A DNA stretch of 64,000 nucleotides from Thermoactinomycetaceae bacterium. Its GTDB lineage: Bacteria; Bacillota; Bacilli; Thermoactinomycetales; Thermoactinomycetaceae. Below, in pieces: positions 47,084 to 58,404 of this stretch. Both the position numbers and the translations under genes were made by a program. The notes under the pieces are model-generated. The model was not told where the DNA came from. It saw nothing but the letters and a program-made list of their open reading frames with translations, and did no database searches. Each line of letters opens with the position of its first letter. Position 1 is the stretch's first letter. Location: positions 31,452 to 95,451 of the forward strand of contig JANWIG010000034.1 in NCBI GenBank assembly GCA_025449975.1, given 5' to 3'.

Positions 47084-48694
47084 CTACGAACGAAGTAAAC
47101 GCCATTTATATAAAATCGGTACAATCCTTTTCTTTAACGAAGGGAGTTGCTCTAGATCCATCAACGTGACTACTTTAAAGCGGAAGATCGCCCAAATAAA
47201 TACATAAATGGCAACTGCAATCGAACAAAGAACGGTGACTGTCATTTCCAAACGCAATGGAAGTCCTTGCACAAACCATTGAACACTTTCCATTGTCACA
47301 TAAGTAGCGCCCGTCATCAGACTAACAGCAACCACCAACTTTTTTAGAAAGCCACTCGATTTCAAAGAGACGTCGATCTTTCGCAAGGCAAGAAAATTGA
47401 AAAACGTAGCAATGGCATAAGAAACAACCGTTGCAATAGCAGCCCCTTTAATATCAAACCAAGGAATCAATAACAAATTACCAATCCATTTGATCACCGC
47501 TCCGATTATTAGCGTGATCGCTGGTAAATACACTTTGCCAAATCCTTGTAAAATGCCTGTCGAAGTCATATTCAAAGTTAAAAAAATGACTGATAAGGCA
47601 ACAATCGCTAAAGCATCCGAACCTAAATCATCTTTGAATAACATAATATTGGTAGGCATCGCAATGACACTTAGACCGATTGCTGCGGGCAAACCAGTTA
47701 GCCATGTGATTCGAATGGCCAGCCGCGCCCGATCTTTCGCTTCCTGTTCATTTTGCTTAGCTCTAGCCTCGGCGATCGCTGGAACAATCGACAAAGAGAG
47801 CGAAGTAGCAAAAAAAGCGGCAAATTGAATCAATGGTTGTCCGCGATCAAATACTCCTTTATAGACAACAGCAGCCTGACTTCCTATTTTTTCGGTTAAA
47901 ACATTGGCCACCGTAAAGGCATCTACCAGCGAAAAAAGAGGAATCACCAAGGACCCCATGCAAATGGGAAAGGAGAGCAGAAGAATTTTCTTCATCATCT
48001 TTCCATAACTCTCCTTTGGCTGGTCATGTAATGACGATGATGGTTCCTCCAATTTCATCTTTCTTTCCTTTATAAGGTAGACCAGCAAAACGATAATCGC
48101 AGCGCTCGCTCCAGTCACCGCTCCAAAAATAGCTCCAGCACTAGCATAGAGAATTCCCAATCCCAAGTCCATCAGATACCAAGACAGGAATAGAATGGTA
48201 CAAACACGAGTAAATTGCTCAATCGATTGAGAAATGGCTGTTGGAAACATATTTTGTCTCCCTTGAAAATAACCGCGAATGGCTGCGGCGATCGGAACCA
48301 ATAACAATGCAAACGATACGGTTTGAATAGGTAAGGTAAGAAGCTCACGGTTACCCATCCACCCTGCCAATTTACCCGCTCCGAAAAATAACAAACAAAA
48401 GAAAACGGATCCGATGATAAACAATGTTACCATCGAAAACTTCATCACTTTTTTTGCTCCAAGTTCATCTTCCCTAGCTAGTCGTTCCGAAACAATTTTA
48501 GAAATCGCTACGGGTAGTCCTGCTGTAGCGATCGCTAATAATGTACTATACAAAGGATATACTTGTTGATATATAAACATTCCCTCATTGCCAGTAATAT
48601 TTTGATAAGGAATGCGGTAAGCAGCACCTAAGATTTTACAAAATAACGTAGCAAATCCTAAGATAGCAGCTCCTTTGATAAAGGACTGACTCAT
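47084..48694 (-). CDS. yabM: MOP-superfamily polysaccharide/lipid-II flippase-like protein (SpoVB/MurJ-like, YabM position)
   Basis: About 14 TM helices. N-terminus FIKGAAILGFATLFCKILGAAYRIP is typical of the family. Synteny between spoVT and yabN. Confidence 0.8.
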   Translation of the reverse strand: MSQSFIKGAAILGFATLFCKILGAAYRIPYQNITGNEGMFIYQQVYPLYSTLLAIATAGLPVAISKIVSERLAREDELGAKKVMKFSMVTLFIIGSVFFCLLFFGAGKLAGWMGNRELLTLPIQTVSFALLLVPIAAAIRGYFQGRQNMFPTAISQSIEQFTRVCTILFLSWYLMDLGLGILYASAGAIFGAVTGASAAIIVLLVYLIKERKMKLEEPSSSLHDQPKESYGKMMKKILLLSFPICMGSLVIPLFSLVDAFTVANVLTEKIGSQAAVVYKGVFDRGQPLIQFAAFFATSLSLSIVPAIAEARAKQNEQEAKDRARLAIRITWLTGLPAAIGLSVIAMPTNIMLFKDDLGSDALAIVALSVIFLTLNMTSTGILQGFGKVYLPAITLIIGAVIKWIGNLLLIPWFDIKGAAIATVVSYAIATFFNFLALRKIDVSLKSSGFLKKLVVAVSLMTGATYVTMESVQWFVQGLPLRLEMTVTVLCSIAVAIYVFIWAIFRFKVVTLMDLEQLPSLKKRIVPILYKWRLLRS

Positions 48695-48735
48695 TTCCCC
48701 TGATTGATCTCCTTTCTCCCATGCACTGTTTTTTC

Positions 48736-48765
48736 ATTATACAAGAGCATAAAGAGAATCGGCAA
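48736..48765 (-). promoter_or_regulatory. sigmaA-type promoter (extended -10) for yabM
   Basis: Minus strand: TTGCCG, 18 nt spacer ending in TG, TATAAT. Confidence 0.5.
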
Positions 48766-48839
48766 AGAACAAAAGAAAAAGGAGACTTCCACTTAGAAAG
48801 TCACCCACAACACATTTCATGTATCAAACACATGGAAAT

Positions 48840-49382
48840 TTATTGTTCCATTTGTTTACCTAAAAACGAAGCTACTGTACTGGCAATCTTCAATTCTAGT
48901 TCACCAAGTCTTTCTCCATCTGTTTTGGATAACAAAATGACGGCTCCTATCGGATCTCCACCTGCATTAATCGGCACGATCACATAGGATACATACTCAT
49001 CCGGTGAACCTTTGATTATCTCCACTGTCGATGTATTGCTCTCTATATGCGATTTACGTTGTTCCATACAGTTTTCAACAATTTCACCTATCGGTTTATG
49101 AAGATACTCTTTTTTAGAGGCTCCTGCTGCTGCTATTACTTGATCACGATCGGAAAATAAGGTAATATGATGTAAATTTTCGTATAAGGCTTCAGATATT
49201 TCTTGAGCAAAATCACTTAACTCTCCAATCGGAGAGTATTTTTTTAAAATCACCTCTCCATCACGATCAACAAAAATCTCTAGCGGGTCCCCTTCTCTAA
49301 TCCGAAGCGTTCGACGAATTTCTTTAGGAATCACCACACGACCTAAATCATCGATCCGACGAACGATACCGGTTGCTTTCAT
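48840..49382 (-). CDS. spoVT: Stage V sporulation regulator SpoVT (AbrB-type)
   Basis: MKATGIVRRIDDLGRVVIPKEIRRTLRIREGDPLEIF is a SpoVT/AbrB swapped-hairpin N-terminus, followed by a GAF-like C-terminal domain. Confidence 0.95.
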   Translation of the reverse strand: MKATGIVRRIDDLGRVVIPKEIRRTLRIREGDPLEIFVDRDGEVILKKYSPIGELSDFAQEISEALYENLHHITLFSDRDQVIAAAGASKKEYLHKPIGEIVENCMEQRKSHIESNTSTVEIIKGSPDEYVSYVIVPINAGGDPIGAVILLSKTDGERLGELELKIASTVASFLGKQMEQ

Positions 49383-49444
49383 ATTTTAAGCTGCCCCTCT
49401 TTCATTTTAAATTAGATTATAAGTCCCTGATCTTTTTCTGTTTT

Positions 49445-49474
49445 TAGTATGAATCTGCTGGGAAAATATTATTC
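49445..49474 (-). promoter_or_regulatory. sigmaG-type forespore promoter for spoVT
   Basis: Minus strand: GAATA, 18 nt spacer, CATACTA, matching the consensus GHATR-18-CATXHTA. Confidence 0.7.
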
Positions 49475-49528
49475 GAATAACAAAAAGCAACTGCAAAACC
49501 AAAAACTCCATTTCAAAAATAAATCAAA

Positions 49529-49557
49529 AAACCACCTAACTCAGAGTTAGGTGGTTT
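49529..49557 (-). terminator. Rho-independent terminator after the PrsA-like gene
   Basis: AAACCACCTAAC, 5 nt loop, GTTAGGTGGTTT, then a T-run on the minus strand. Confidence 0.85.
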
Positions 49558-49577
49558 CTACTGGTTTCCATCATTCT

Positions 49578-50558
49578 TTATAACAATGGCTTCACTTTCG
49601 CCTCTTTTTCTAAAATCTCCATAAAAATTTGGTTTCCTTGTGTATATTTCACTTCATCACTGGCTTGATCAAGCGACTGTTCCTTACGGTCAGCAACTTT
49701 TAAAATATGATAGCCATACTCCGTTTTTACGGGATCACTCACTTGATTGAGAGGGATGGTCTTGGCAGTATCTGCAAATTCTTTGACAAACTGATCAACT
49801 GGCCCTTCAATCAGTCCGCCTTTTTCCTTCGTACCTGGATCATCGGAGTATTGTTTAGCCAGCTTAGCAAAGTCTTCACCCTGATCCAGCTTGCTTTTCA
49901 CTTCATCAGCACGTTTTTTCGCCTCTGCATCTGTCCGGTTATCTTCGGAAGCGGTCGATATCAGAATATGATATACCTTGACATGTTGATAGGTTTGACC
50001 TTTCATTTTTTCATCGATGTAATCTTTAATGCGTAGTTCTTCGAGAATGTGATTCCGAAGATCTTCCTTCGTAAACCCTTTGCCCTTGATCGCTTCTTCT
50101 AGGTTTTTGGGATTTTCTTCACTAAAAATATTGTTTTTGGCACTTTCCTCCAGCGTCTTCATCTCTTCATCGATCTTTTTGGTCGAAGGGCTATTCGGAT
50201 CGGCTTTACTCAAAATGTATTTTCGTGTTCCGTAATGCTCCAAGAGATTTTTCTTTAATTCGGTCAATTGTTTTTGGACCTCTGGATCTTCCAGAAGAAA
50301 TCCCATTTGAATATCCATAAACCCTAAAATATTGATATACCGATTTAACTCTCCCTCTGTAACCTTTCCACCATTATATTCGCCAATTACCTTATTACTT
50401 TTGGTATCTAGTGGGAGGATGGATTTCATTTCAGTCTCTGCATTTTCTGTCTTTGTTGCTTCCTCTTTTTCTTGTGTGTTACAGCCTACCAATAGCAACG
50501 GCAGTGCGACCAGCAGGAAAATCAAGCCGGTCCGCATCCGTTTATTCCACTGCCACAT
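49578..50558 (-). CDS. PrsA-like parvulin peptidyl-prolyl isomerase lipoprotein
   Basis: Lipobox LLVGC and a PPIC rotamase motif (HILISTA...GGLIEGPVDQFVKEF...YGYHILKV). ATG at 50558 follows AAAGGAG and overlaps the mfd end. Confidence 0.85.
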   Translation of the reverse strand: MWQWNKRMRTGLIFLLVALPLLLVGCNTQEKEEATKTENAETEMKSILPLDTKSNKVIGEYNGGKVTEGELNRYINILGFMDIQMGFLLEDPEVQKQLTELKKNLLEHYGTRKYILSKADPNSPSTKKIDEEMKTLEESAKNNIFSEENPKNLEEAIKGKGFTKEDLRNHILEELRIKDYIDEKMKGQTYQHVKVYHILISTASEDNRTDAEAKKRADEVKSKLDQGEDFAKLAKQYSDDPGTKEKGGLIEGPVDQFVKEFADTAKTIPLNQVSDPVKTEYGYHILKVADRKEQSLDQASDEVKYTQGNQIFMEILEKEAKVKPLL

Positions 50559-53500
50559 TTTCAATTGCTCCTTTCGTTTTGGGAACCTCTTCATACTTCA
50601 TCAAAAATTGTTCCACCAGCTCAAGTGTTTCTTTTGAGCTTAGTCCATCCACCTTAAAAATCACTCCAACCCGTTGTCCAGAGGCAAAGCGAATCCGCCG
50701 TGGGAAAAGTTGTGCAATTTGAAACAACTTCGCACCATCAATCGACTTCGTTTGTTCAGGATAAAACATCAGCGAGATTTCTTTTCCTTTTTGTTCAATT
50801 GATTCTACGCCATACTTCCTAGCGTATGCACGGATTTTAGCGATTAATAGCAAGCTCTCAACAGGTTCAGGCAGACTTCCAAATCGATCAATAATCTCTT
50901 CTTCTAGTTCTTTTACTTCTTCTAAACTGGTGGTCGAACGAATCTTCTTGTACAGCTCAATCTTTTGCTTTTCATCTTGGATATAGTCTGACGGCAGATA
51001 AGCATCTGCGGTCAACTCAATTTGTGGTTCTTTCTCTTTCTCTTCCTGTTTCTTTCCTTGCAATTCAGCTACTGCTTCTTTCAACATCTGACTATATAAC
51101 TCAAAACCAACTGTTACAATATGACCATGTTGCTCTGCACCCAATATGTTTCCTGCCCCGCGAATACTTAAGTCGCGCATAGCAATTTTAAATCCAGAAC
51201 CAAGCTCAGTAAACTCTTTGATCGCTTGTAATCTCTTTTCAGCAGCTTCTGATAACACTTTATCTCGTTGGTAAGTAAAGTATGCATAGGCAATCCGATT
51301 GGATCGTCCCACTCGACCACGTAGTTGGTATAACTGCGATAAGCCCATCTTATCTGCGTTATATATTATTAACGTATTTACATTGGGAATGTCTACACCT
51401 GTTTCAATAATTGTCGTACTTACTAACACATCGTACTCACCATCAAGAAAATCCAACATCACTTTCTCTAACTCTGTTTCCGACATCTGCCCATGCGCTA
51501 CCGCTACCCGCGCATCGGGAACCAGCATCCGAATTTGCTCTGCCATTTGTTCAATATTTTGCACTTGATTATATAAGAAATAAACTTGCCCTCCACGGGC
51601 TAACTCCCGTTCGATCGCTTCACGAACAAGCGCTCCCGAATATTCCAACACATAAGTTTGCACAGGAAAGCGGTTTTCCGGTGGCGTTTCGATCACCGAC
51701 AAATCGCGAACACCCATCATCGCCATATGCAATGTTCGGGGAATAGGGGTAGCTGTGAGCGTCAAAACGTCGATATTATGTTTTAATTGTTTGATTCTTT
51801 CTTTATGTTTGACTCCAAAGCGCTGTTCTTCATCAATAATCAGCAATCCCAAGTCTTTAAAAGTGATATCTTTGGATAGCAAGCGATGAGTACCAATCAC
51901 AATGTCAACGGTTCCATTTTTTGCCCCAAGAATGGTCTCTCTTTGCTCCTTACGTGTCCGGAAACGACTCAATACATGAATGGTCACTGGAAAATCGACA
52001 AATCGCTCCTTAAAGGTTTCATAGTGCTGTTGCGCCAAAATCGTCGTGGGTACCAAAACGGCCACTTGTTTTCCATCCATTGCCGCCTTGAATGCTGCAC
52101 GAACAGCTACTTCCGTCTTTCCATAGCCCACATCCCCGCACAATAAGCGATCCATTGGCTGCGGCTTTTCCATATCTGCTTTTATCTCATTAATCGAGCG
52201 CAATTGATCCGGCGTTTCTTCATACGGAAACATCGCCTCAAACTCTTTTTGATAGGGGGTGTCTTTCGAAAAACTGTATCCCTTGGCTTCTTGCCTTTTG
52301 GCATATAACTCAATCAAGTCTTGAGCAATGTCCTCCACAGAAGAACGCACTTTATTTTTGACTTTACTCCATTCACTGCCACCCAAACTATAAATGCGTG
52401 GGGTTTTCTCTTCACTGCCAACATACTTTTGCACTTGATCGATTTGCTCAACAGGTACATATAGTTTGTCATTTCCTGCGTATTGAATGAGCAAATAATC
52501 TTTATGCATTCCTCCAACACTTAGGGTTTCAATGCCAGCATACCGTCCAATTCCATGATTGACATGGACAACATAATCACCTGGTTTTAGTTCTTGATAG
52601 TCTTTAATTTTTTCAGCATGATCCAGTTTCGAAGAGCGGCGAACTCTTCGTTGCTTTTGTGTAAAGACTTCCGTTTCCGTGATGACAGCCAAACGCAACG
52701 TGTTCATTTCAAAACCATTTTGTAAGCTTCCGATCCGGATCACCGGTTTTCCAGCTACGGGAACCTGATTGGAATAATCACGCGAAATTTCCATCCCATA
52801 ATCCGTGAGAACGCGTTCTAATCGTTCCAGTCTCTCTTCACTGCTGGCAACGAAGACGACGCGGAAATTGGATTTAACCCAACGATCCCACTCTGCTTTT
52901 AATACATGCATTTGACCATGGAACTGCTGCATTCCCCGACAGATAAATTGCACCAGATTTTGGGGCTGAGTCCCAGGCGCTTGCCGCATAAAAATCGATA
53001 GATAAATGCGCTGATATTGTGTTTTGTTAACGATATCATCATATGAAAGGGAAAGGCGCAATTGCGGTAAAAACTCCCCTTGCTGTAAAAGAGCCGTTTG
53101 CCATTCGCCTTCTTCTTTCTCCATCTGTTTCGCACTTTCTGTAATTCGCGAAGGCTCATCTAAGATAAAGACCACATCATTGGGCAAATAATCGACCAAA
53201 CTGACACAGTCCGGATAAATTTGAGAAATATACTTATAAATTCCAGCAAATTGACTACCATTTTTTAATTGTTCAATTTCCCAACTAATATTTTCCTTTA
53301 ATTTTTTCTTTAATTTCACATCTTTCACTACAGCTAATCGCTCTTCTAACAATTGTTCTACCCGTTCAGCAGCGGCAACCAGTCTTTCCGGTTCAGCAAA
53401 CAATTCACGTGCTGGAGGGACGATCACCTTCTTCGTTGTCTGAATGGAGCGCTGGGTACTCGCCGAAAAATAACGAATGGAATCGATTTCATCATCAAAC

Positions 53501-54087
53501 CACTCAATCCGAACGGGATCTGGAAAAGTTACTGGATAAATATCTACAATTCCTCCGCGAACACTAAACTCTCCAGGCTTTTCAACCATCTCCACCCGTT
53601 CATAACCTATTTTCACCAAATGTGTAACAACGTGATCGATCTCCTTTTGTTTGCCAATCTCAAAGGTAAGATGGCTTTGTGCAAAAATTTGCTTTGGTGG
53701 GAACAATTTGCGCAATCCAGAAAAAGGGACGACCAAAACTCCTCGAAACCCCTGCGATAACCTATATAAGACATCGATTCGCTCTCCCAGTGTCTCATGG
53801 CTAGATAAAGCAATCTCCGTCGTCACAAGCTCATTAGCTGGATATAGCAGGATCTTTTCTTTTGGGAGTAATTCCAATAGATCTTCCGTTACTTTTTGCG
53901 CTTGGTTTAAATTATGGGTCACAAGCAAAAGAGGACGCTTAAGCTCTTCAAATAAGGAAGCTATATAGATCGCTCGAGCTGTGCCTGTTAATCCAACGAC
54001 CAGTTGTTCCCTTAAATGATTTCTTATTCCGATCACCGTTGACTGAAAATCCTGATCTTGCCTAAAAAGATAAGTAAAAGAACCCAA
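50542..54087 (-). CDS. mfd: Transcription-repair coupling factor Mfd
   Basis: UvrB-homology N-terminus, CarD_TRCF RNAP-interacting domain, and SF2 helicase motifs (GDVGYGKTEVA, DEEQRFG), plus a TRCF C-terminal domain. Confidence 0.97.
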   Translation of the reverse strand: MGSFTYLFRQDQDFQSTVIGIRNHLREQLVVGLTGTARAIYIASLFEELKRPLLLVTHNLNQAQKVTEDLLELLPKEKILLYPANELVTTEIALSSHETLGERIDVLYRLSQGFRGVLVVPFSGLRKLFPPKQIFAQSHLTFEIGKQKEIDHVVTHLVKIGYERVEMVEKPGEFSVRGGIVDIYPVTFPDPVRIEWFDDEIDSIRYFSASTQRSIQTTKKVIVPPARELFAEPERLVAAAERVEQLLEERLAVVKDVKLKKKLKENISWEIEQLKNGSQFAGIYKYISQIYPDCVSLVDYLPNDVVFILDEPSRITESAKQMEKEEGEWQTALLQQGEFLPQLRLSLSYDDIVNKTQYQRIYLSIFMRQAPGTQPQNLVQFICRGMQQFHGQMHVLKAEWDRWVKSNFRVVFVASSEERLERLERVLTDYGMEISRDYSNQVPVAGKPVIRIGSLQNGFEMNTLRLAVITETEVFTQKQRRVRRSSKLDHAEKIKDYQELKPGDYVVHVNHGIGRYAGIETLSVGGMHKDYLLIQYAGNDKLYVPVEQIDQVQKYVGSEEKTPRIYSLGGSEWSKVKNKVRSSVEDIAQDLIELYAKRQEAKGYSFSKDTPYQKEFEAMFPYEETPDQLRSINEIKADMEKPQPMDRLLCGDVGYGKTEVAVRAAFKAAMDGKQVAVLVPTTILAQQHYETFKERFVDFPVTIHVLSRFRTRKEQRETILGAKNGTVDIVIGTHRLLSKDITFKDLGLLIIDEEQRFGVKHKERIKQLKHNIDVLTLTATPIPRTLHMAMMGVRDLSVIETPPENRFPVQTYVLEYSGALVREAIERELARGGQVYFLYNQVQNIEQMAEQIRMLVPDARVAVAHGQMSETELEKVMLDFLDGEYDVLVSTTIIETGVDIPNVNTLIIYNADKMGLSQLYQLRGRVGRSNRIAYAYFTYQRDKVLSEAAEKRLQAIKEFTELGSGFKIAMRDLSIRGAGNILGAEQHGHIVTVGFELYSQMLKEAVAELQGKKQEEKEKEPQIELTADAYLPSDYIQDEKQKIELYKKIRSTTSLEEVKELEEEIIDRFGSLPEPVESLLLIAKIRAYARKYGVESIEQKGKEISLMFYPEQTKSIDGAKLFQIAQLFPRRIRFASGQRVGVIFKVDGLSSKETLELVEQFLMKYEEVPKTKGAIENVAVE

Positions 54088-54343
54088 TTCTTTGTTCCCC
54101 CTCTGCTAGCTTTCATACAATAGGAAAGAAGCCTCAGCTTGTCATAGCCAAGGCTGTTTTCAATATAGTCAGAAAACGGTACCCTGAACTTGGACTACCC
54201 ACCCCATATAACTTAAGAAAAAGACCTTGATTTATTTTATAAATAATAAAAAAGAAACTCTATGTTTGAAAGAAGGTTTCCACTATTTATGATAAAAGTG
54301 CAGTCTTGCAAATTTTTTGCAAGACCTAAGATAAGTCATAAAT

Positions 54344-54574
54344 TTAATGAAACAAGGATGGTAGCAAAGCACGTTCTGGATGCCCTTCAAGTACTTCTTG
54401 ACATGATTCACACACAATATGGACATGGTAATTTCCAAAGATATCACTGGTTATTATATCTTTCCGTTCCTCTGGGGTCAACTGATCAAAGCCTAATTCT
54501 GACTCTGTCAACGTCTCTGAGTCAATTCGACCCATGTGAACGTGACAATAACGGCAAATATATTCTATCGCCAT
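54344..54574 (-). CDS. fin: Anti-sigma-F factor Fin (YabK family)
   Basis: MAIEYICRYCHVHMGRID...HIVCESCQEVL, a four-Cys small protein. Sits between pth and mfd as in B. subtilis. Confidence 0.85.
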   Translation of the reverse strand: MAIEYICRYCHVHMGRIDSETLTESELGFDQLTPEERKDIITSDIFGNYHVHIVCESCQEVLEGHPERALLPSLFH

Positions 54575-54650
54575 CCATATGCCCTCCCCGAAAAGAATAT
54601 TCCGATTCCTAGTATCACCGGTAATTCTTTTCGTTATACATCGGGAGGAA

Positions 54651-55217
54651 TTACTTTCGCTTATTAAATTTATTCATCGCTGTAACAAAGTCAGTAGAAA
54701 CCCACTCTTCAACTGCTTGGGTAGCCGCGATAGCTGCTTCTTTAGCAATTCCTTTCTCCATTTCTGAAAACGATGACAACACATAGTCTGGAACTGCTTG
54801 ATCAGCAGGAGGAGGACCAATTCCAATCTTGATCCGTTTAAACTGATCTGTTTTTAAATGAGCGATCACTGATTTCATCCCATTATGTCCTCCGGCACTT
54901 CCCTTTAAGCGCAATCGTACTTGCCCGAGAGGTAAATCCAAGTCATCATAAATCACAACCAAGTCTTCAATATTTCCTTTAAAAAATTGAAGAATCGGTC
55001 CGACAGCTTCCCCGGATCGGTTCATATATGTAAGCGGTTTAATTAACATCACCTTTTCGTTATGGACCATTCCTTCTCCGATGAAAGATCGCCATTTTCC
55101 CGTTTTTACGGGGATTCCCCATCGTTTACTTAGCTCATCGATCACCCAGAATCCAATATTATGACGCGTATTTTGATACTTCTCTCCCGGATTTCCTAAT
55201 CCGACAATCCATTTCAT
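54651..55217 (-). CDS. pth: Peptidyl-tRNA hydrolase
   Basis: MKWIVGLGNPGEKYQNTRHNIGF signature. ATG at 55217 follows GGTGGAGGA; the ORF-track start at 55340 is over-extended. Confidence 0.95.
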   Translation of the reverse strand: MKWIVGLGNPGEKYQNTRHNIGFWVIDELSKRWGIPVKTGKWRSFIGEGMVHNEKVMLIKPLTYMNRSGEAVGPILQFFKGNIEDLVVIYDDLDLPLGQVRLRLKGSAGGHNGMKSVIAHLKTDQFKRIKIGIGPPPADQAVPDYVLSSFSEMEKGIAKEAAIAATQAVEEWVSTDFVTAMNKFNKRK

Positions 55218-55287
55218 TTTTTCCTCCACCATTTCGCATATCAGAAGATAAGGCGCAATGTGTGTAAACTGCGCCTTTTTTGACATG

Positions 55288-56235
55288 TTAATCAAATAGC
55301 TTACTAACCGACTGTTCGTTATGCACACGAGTAATCGCATTGCTAATGAGTGATGCGATCGATAATACTTTAATTTTATCCAGCTTTTTATGATCAGGTA
55401 ATGGAATGGTATCCGTCACAATCATTTCCTTGATCGCGGAATCGCGAATCCGATCGATCGCTGGACCAGAAAAGACGGGGTGTGTACAACAAGCATAAAC
55501 TTCTTCAGCTCCATATTCCATAAGGGCATTGGCCGCTAAAGTAATGGTTCCAGCTGTATCGATAATGTCATCGATAATAATCGCCTTTCGACCGCGTACA
55601 TCCCCGACAATATTCATCACTTCGGCCACATTTGGTTTCGGCCGTCTTTTATCGATAATCGCAATCGGCGCCTTTAAACGCTCAGCTAGTCGGCGAGCAC
55701 GAATCACTCCGCCATGATCCGGTGAAACAACAACAATATTCTCAAGACCCTTTTGTTTAAAGTAATCCGCCAAAATCGGCACTCCCAGTAGATGATCAAC
55801 GGGAATATTAAAAAAGCCTTGAATCTGAGTAGCATGTAGATCCATCGTAATCACACGATCGACACCGGCTGTTTGAATCAAATTGGCCACCAGTTTTGCT
55901 GTTATGGGATCACGAGCACGAGCCTTCCGATCTTGACGTGCATAGCCATAATAGGGAATCACCACATTGATCGTCCCTGCCGAAGCCCGACGAAGTGCAT
56001 CTACCATGACCAACAATTCCATCAAATGTTGATTAACGGGATCACAGGTAGATTGAATCACATAAACGTCTGCACCTCGCACACTCTCATTCAATTGTAT
56101 GCAAATTTCTCCGTCACTAAACTTCCCTACGTGAGCGTCTCCTAGCGGAATCCCAATGAGTTCACAGATCGTTTTAGCAAGGTTTGGATTCGAATTACAA
56201 CTAAAAACCTTTAGGCGCCTTGTTTGAACCGACAT
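55288..56235 (-). CDS. prs: Ribose-phosphate pyrophosphokinase
   Basis: [13 protein letters not shown]...[10 protein letters not shown]...[11 protein letters not shown] motifs. Confidence 0.96.
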   Translation of the reverse strand: MSVQTRRLKVFSCNSNPNLAKTICELIGIPLGDAHVGKFSDGEICIQLNESVRGADVYVIQSTCDPVNQHLMELLVMVDALRRASAGTINVVIPYYGYARQDRKARARDPITAKLVANLIQTAGVDRVITMDLHATQIQGFFNIPVDHLLGVPILADYFKQKGLENIVVVSPDHGGVIRARRLAERLKAPIAIIDKRRPKPNVAEVMNIVGDVRGRKAIIIDDIIDTAGTITLAANALMEYGAEEVYACCTHPVFSGPAIDRIRDSAIKEMIVTDTIPLPDHKKLDKIKVLSIASLISNAITRVHNEQSVSKLFD

Positions 56236-56254
56236 GACGAACTTTCCTCCAATT

Positions 56255-57646
56255 TTATTTATGCGTTTTGCTCCGTATTTTTTTCATTATTTTGGATGCA
56301 TAATCTAGTTTATTGGTTTGTCTCTCTCTCGCAATCGCTAAAGCATTTTCTGGAACATTTTTGGTGATTGTAGAGCCAGCTGCAATATATGCTCCTCTTT
56401 CAACTGTAACGGGAGCAATCAAATTGGTATTGCAACCCACAAAAGCGTCGTCTTCAATTTTAGTAAGATTTTTATCTATTCCATTATAGTTTACCGTAAT
56501 GACACCACAACCAATATTTACATTTTTACCAACCTCAGCGTCACCCACATAGGCCAAATGGGAGATTTTAGACCCTTCGCCGATTCTAGCCTTCTTCACA
56601 TCCACAAAGCAACCAAGTTTGGTCTGCGAACCAATCTCTGATCCAGGACGAACATATGTAAATGGACCGACCTTCGACTGATCAGCTACTTGGCTCTGAT
56701 CTAATACGGCATATTTAATCACCGTCTGATCCGCGACTACTACATCTGTTAGATCCGCACTCGGGCCAATATGACACTGCTTTCCGATCACCGTTTGACC
56801 TCGTAAAAATGTGTTTGGTTCAATGACCGTATCTTCCCCAATCACTACATCGGTTTCAATATAGGTATTGGTTGGATCGACAATGGTCACTCCATTAACC
56901 ATATGTTGATGCAAAATGCGTTGACGCATAATCGCTTCCGCTTGTGCAAGTTGAACCCGATCATTGACACCAAGGGCTTCATTTTCATCGGCAATCACCT
57001 TAGCAGCAATCCGCTCACCTTGTTCTTGCAAGAGAGATAAAACATCAGGAAGGTAATATTCTCCTTGGGCATTATCATTCTTTACTTCTTCTATAACTGA
57101 AAATAATTTTTGATTGTCAAAACAAAACGTACCTGTATTTACTTCACGAATCGCTCGTTCTTCTTCCGTTGCATCTTTATGCTCAACAATCCGTTCTACG
57201 CTTCCATCGAATCGGCGGACAATCCGACCATATCCAGTAGGGTCTTCAAGTTCCGCTGTCAATACTGTTGCTGCAGCACCTGATTGTTTATGTTCCTCAA
57301 TAAAAGATCTTAATGTTTCTACTGTAAAAAGAGGGGTATCTCCATTTAAAACTAACGTAATGCCTTCTTTCTCTGCTAATAGCGGTTTCGCTTGTAAAAC
57401 AGCATGAGCAGTCCCCAATTGTTCCGTTTGTTCAGCAAAAAGAGCTCGATCTCCTAAGTGTTCTTGTACTGCTTCTTTTAAATGACCAACCACCAAAATC
57501 GTCTTTGATGTACCCAACCGCTCCAAATGATCAACGATATGATCGATCATTGGCTTACCGCATATTGGATGAAGCACCTTATGCTTGCTTGACTTCATCC
57601 GTGTTCCTTTTCCTGCAGCCAAAATGACTGCATATAACTCTGACAT
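56255..57646 (-). CDS. glmU: Bifunctional UDP-N-acetylglucosamine pyrophosphorylase / GlcN-1-P acetyltransferase
   Basis: [15 protein letters not shown]-terminus and C-terminal left-handed beta-helix hexapeptide repeats. The ORF-track start at 57724 is over-extended. Confidence 0.95.
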   Translation of the reverse strand: MSELYAVILAAGKGTRMKSSKHKVLHPICGKPMIDHIVDHLERLGTSKTILVVGHLKEAVQEHLGDRALFAEQTEQLGTAHAVLQAKPLLAEKEGITLVLNGDTPLFTVETLRSFIEEHKQSGAAATVLTAELEDPTGYGRIVRRFDGSVERIVEHKDATEEERAIREVNTGTFCFDNQKLFSVIEEVKNDNAQGEYYLPDVLSLLQEQGERIAAKVIADENEALGVNDRVQLAQAEAIMRQRILHQHMVNGVTIVDPTNTYIETDVVIGEDTVIEPNTFLRGQTVIGKQCHIGPSADLTDVVVADQTVIKYAVLDQSQVADQSKVGPFTYVRPGSEIGSQTKLGCFVDVKKARIGEGSKISHLAYVGDAEVGKNVNIGCGVITVNYNGIDKNLTKIEDDAFVGCNTNLIAPVTVERGAYIAAGSTITKNVPENALAIARERQTNKLDYASKIMKKIRSKTHK

Positions 57647-57810
57647 CTCGGTCTGCCCCCCATTTCTACACAACTTCCTTTTCAAATATATCCTAAAGCA
57701 TGTGCATTTACAATAAGGGACCAACGAAGTTATTTTGATATAAAAATAATACTTATTTCCTAATGGACATTTCTCATCTCATCTACCTATATTGCCTTAA
57801 AATGGCACAT

Positions 57811-57840
57811 AAAAAACGGCTCCTATTTTGGATAGAGCCG
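57811..57840 (-). terminator. Rho-independent terminator about 135 nt downstream of spoVG
   Basis: CGGCTC, 12 nt loop, GAGCCG, then TTTTTT on the minus strand. Confidence 0.65.
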
Positions 57841-57977
57841 CTTTATGAACTACTTCGCCAATCAATAGCGAGCTTTTCGTTTCATCGAATCGACTATGTC
57901 GTTTTCTCCACAAAGGCACGTTCCATACCTCGTCTAACCATCTACCACATGAAAAAGGAAATCCCTATTTTCCATTC

Positions 57978-58274
57978 TTAAACTGTGGCACTCTGAGACA
58001 AACTGATCTCTGGTTTGGGGTCATCGACCCGATGGTACTCCGCCAATACAGCCGCTTCGATCTTCTCGCGACTCATCGGCGAAATCGGATGCGCGATATC
58101 CCGAAATTCTCCATCAGGTGTACGCTTGCTTGGCATGGCCACAAACATCCCATTATTTCCATCAATTACACGGATATCGTGAACCACGAATTCACTATCA
58201 ATCGTAATGGATGCAATCGCACGCATCCGTCCTTCACGATTGACCTTCCGAAGGCGAACATCAGTAATTTCCAA
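57978..58274 (-). CDS. spoVG: Septation protein SpoVG
   Basis: [63 protein letters not shown] closely matches my recollection of B. subtilis SpoVG. TTG at 58274 follows AGGTGGTG. Confidence 0.95.
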   Translation of the reverse strand: MEITDVRLRKVNREGRMRAIASITIDSEFVVHDIRVIDGNNGMFVAMPSKRTPDGEFRDIAHPISPMSREKIEAAVLAEYHRVDDPKPEISLSQSATV

Positions 58275-58313
58275 AAGAAACACCACCTATTCTCAAAGAT
58301 GTCTTATTTTCAC

Positions 58314-58339
58314 ATTCGAGATAGGTTATGTTATTTCCT
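58314..58339 (-). promoter_or_regulatory. sigmaH-type promoter for spoVG
   Basis: Minus strand: AGGAAAT (-35), 14 nt, CGAAT (-10). This fits the pattern RNAGGAWWW ... GAAT; spoVG is a classical sigmaH gene in B. subtilis. Confidence 0.55.
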
Positions 58340-58404
58340 GCTAAAATATGGATAAATTAGTTTTTTTTAACTATCCACTTCGGCTGTTTCGTGTTCGCTT
58401 TTGT

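Noticed and set aside
55246-55285. Strong hairpin AAGGCGCA...TGCGCCTT between prs and pth as a terminator.
   Set aside because: The T-run follows the hairpin on the plus strand only, while both flanking genes are on the minus strand. It is at best an RNA-stability or attenuation element, not a canonical terminator for prs. The ctc/L25 gene that I recall at this position in B. subtilis is simply absent.
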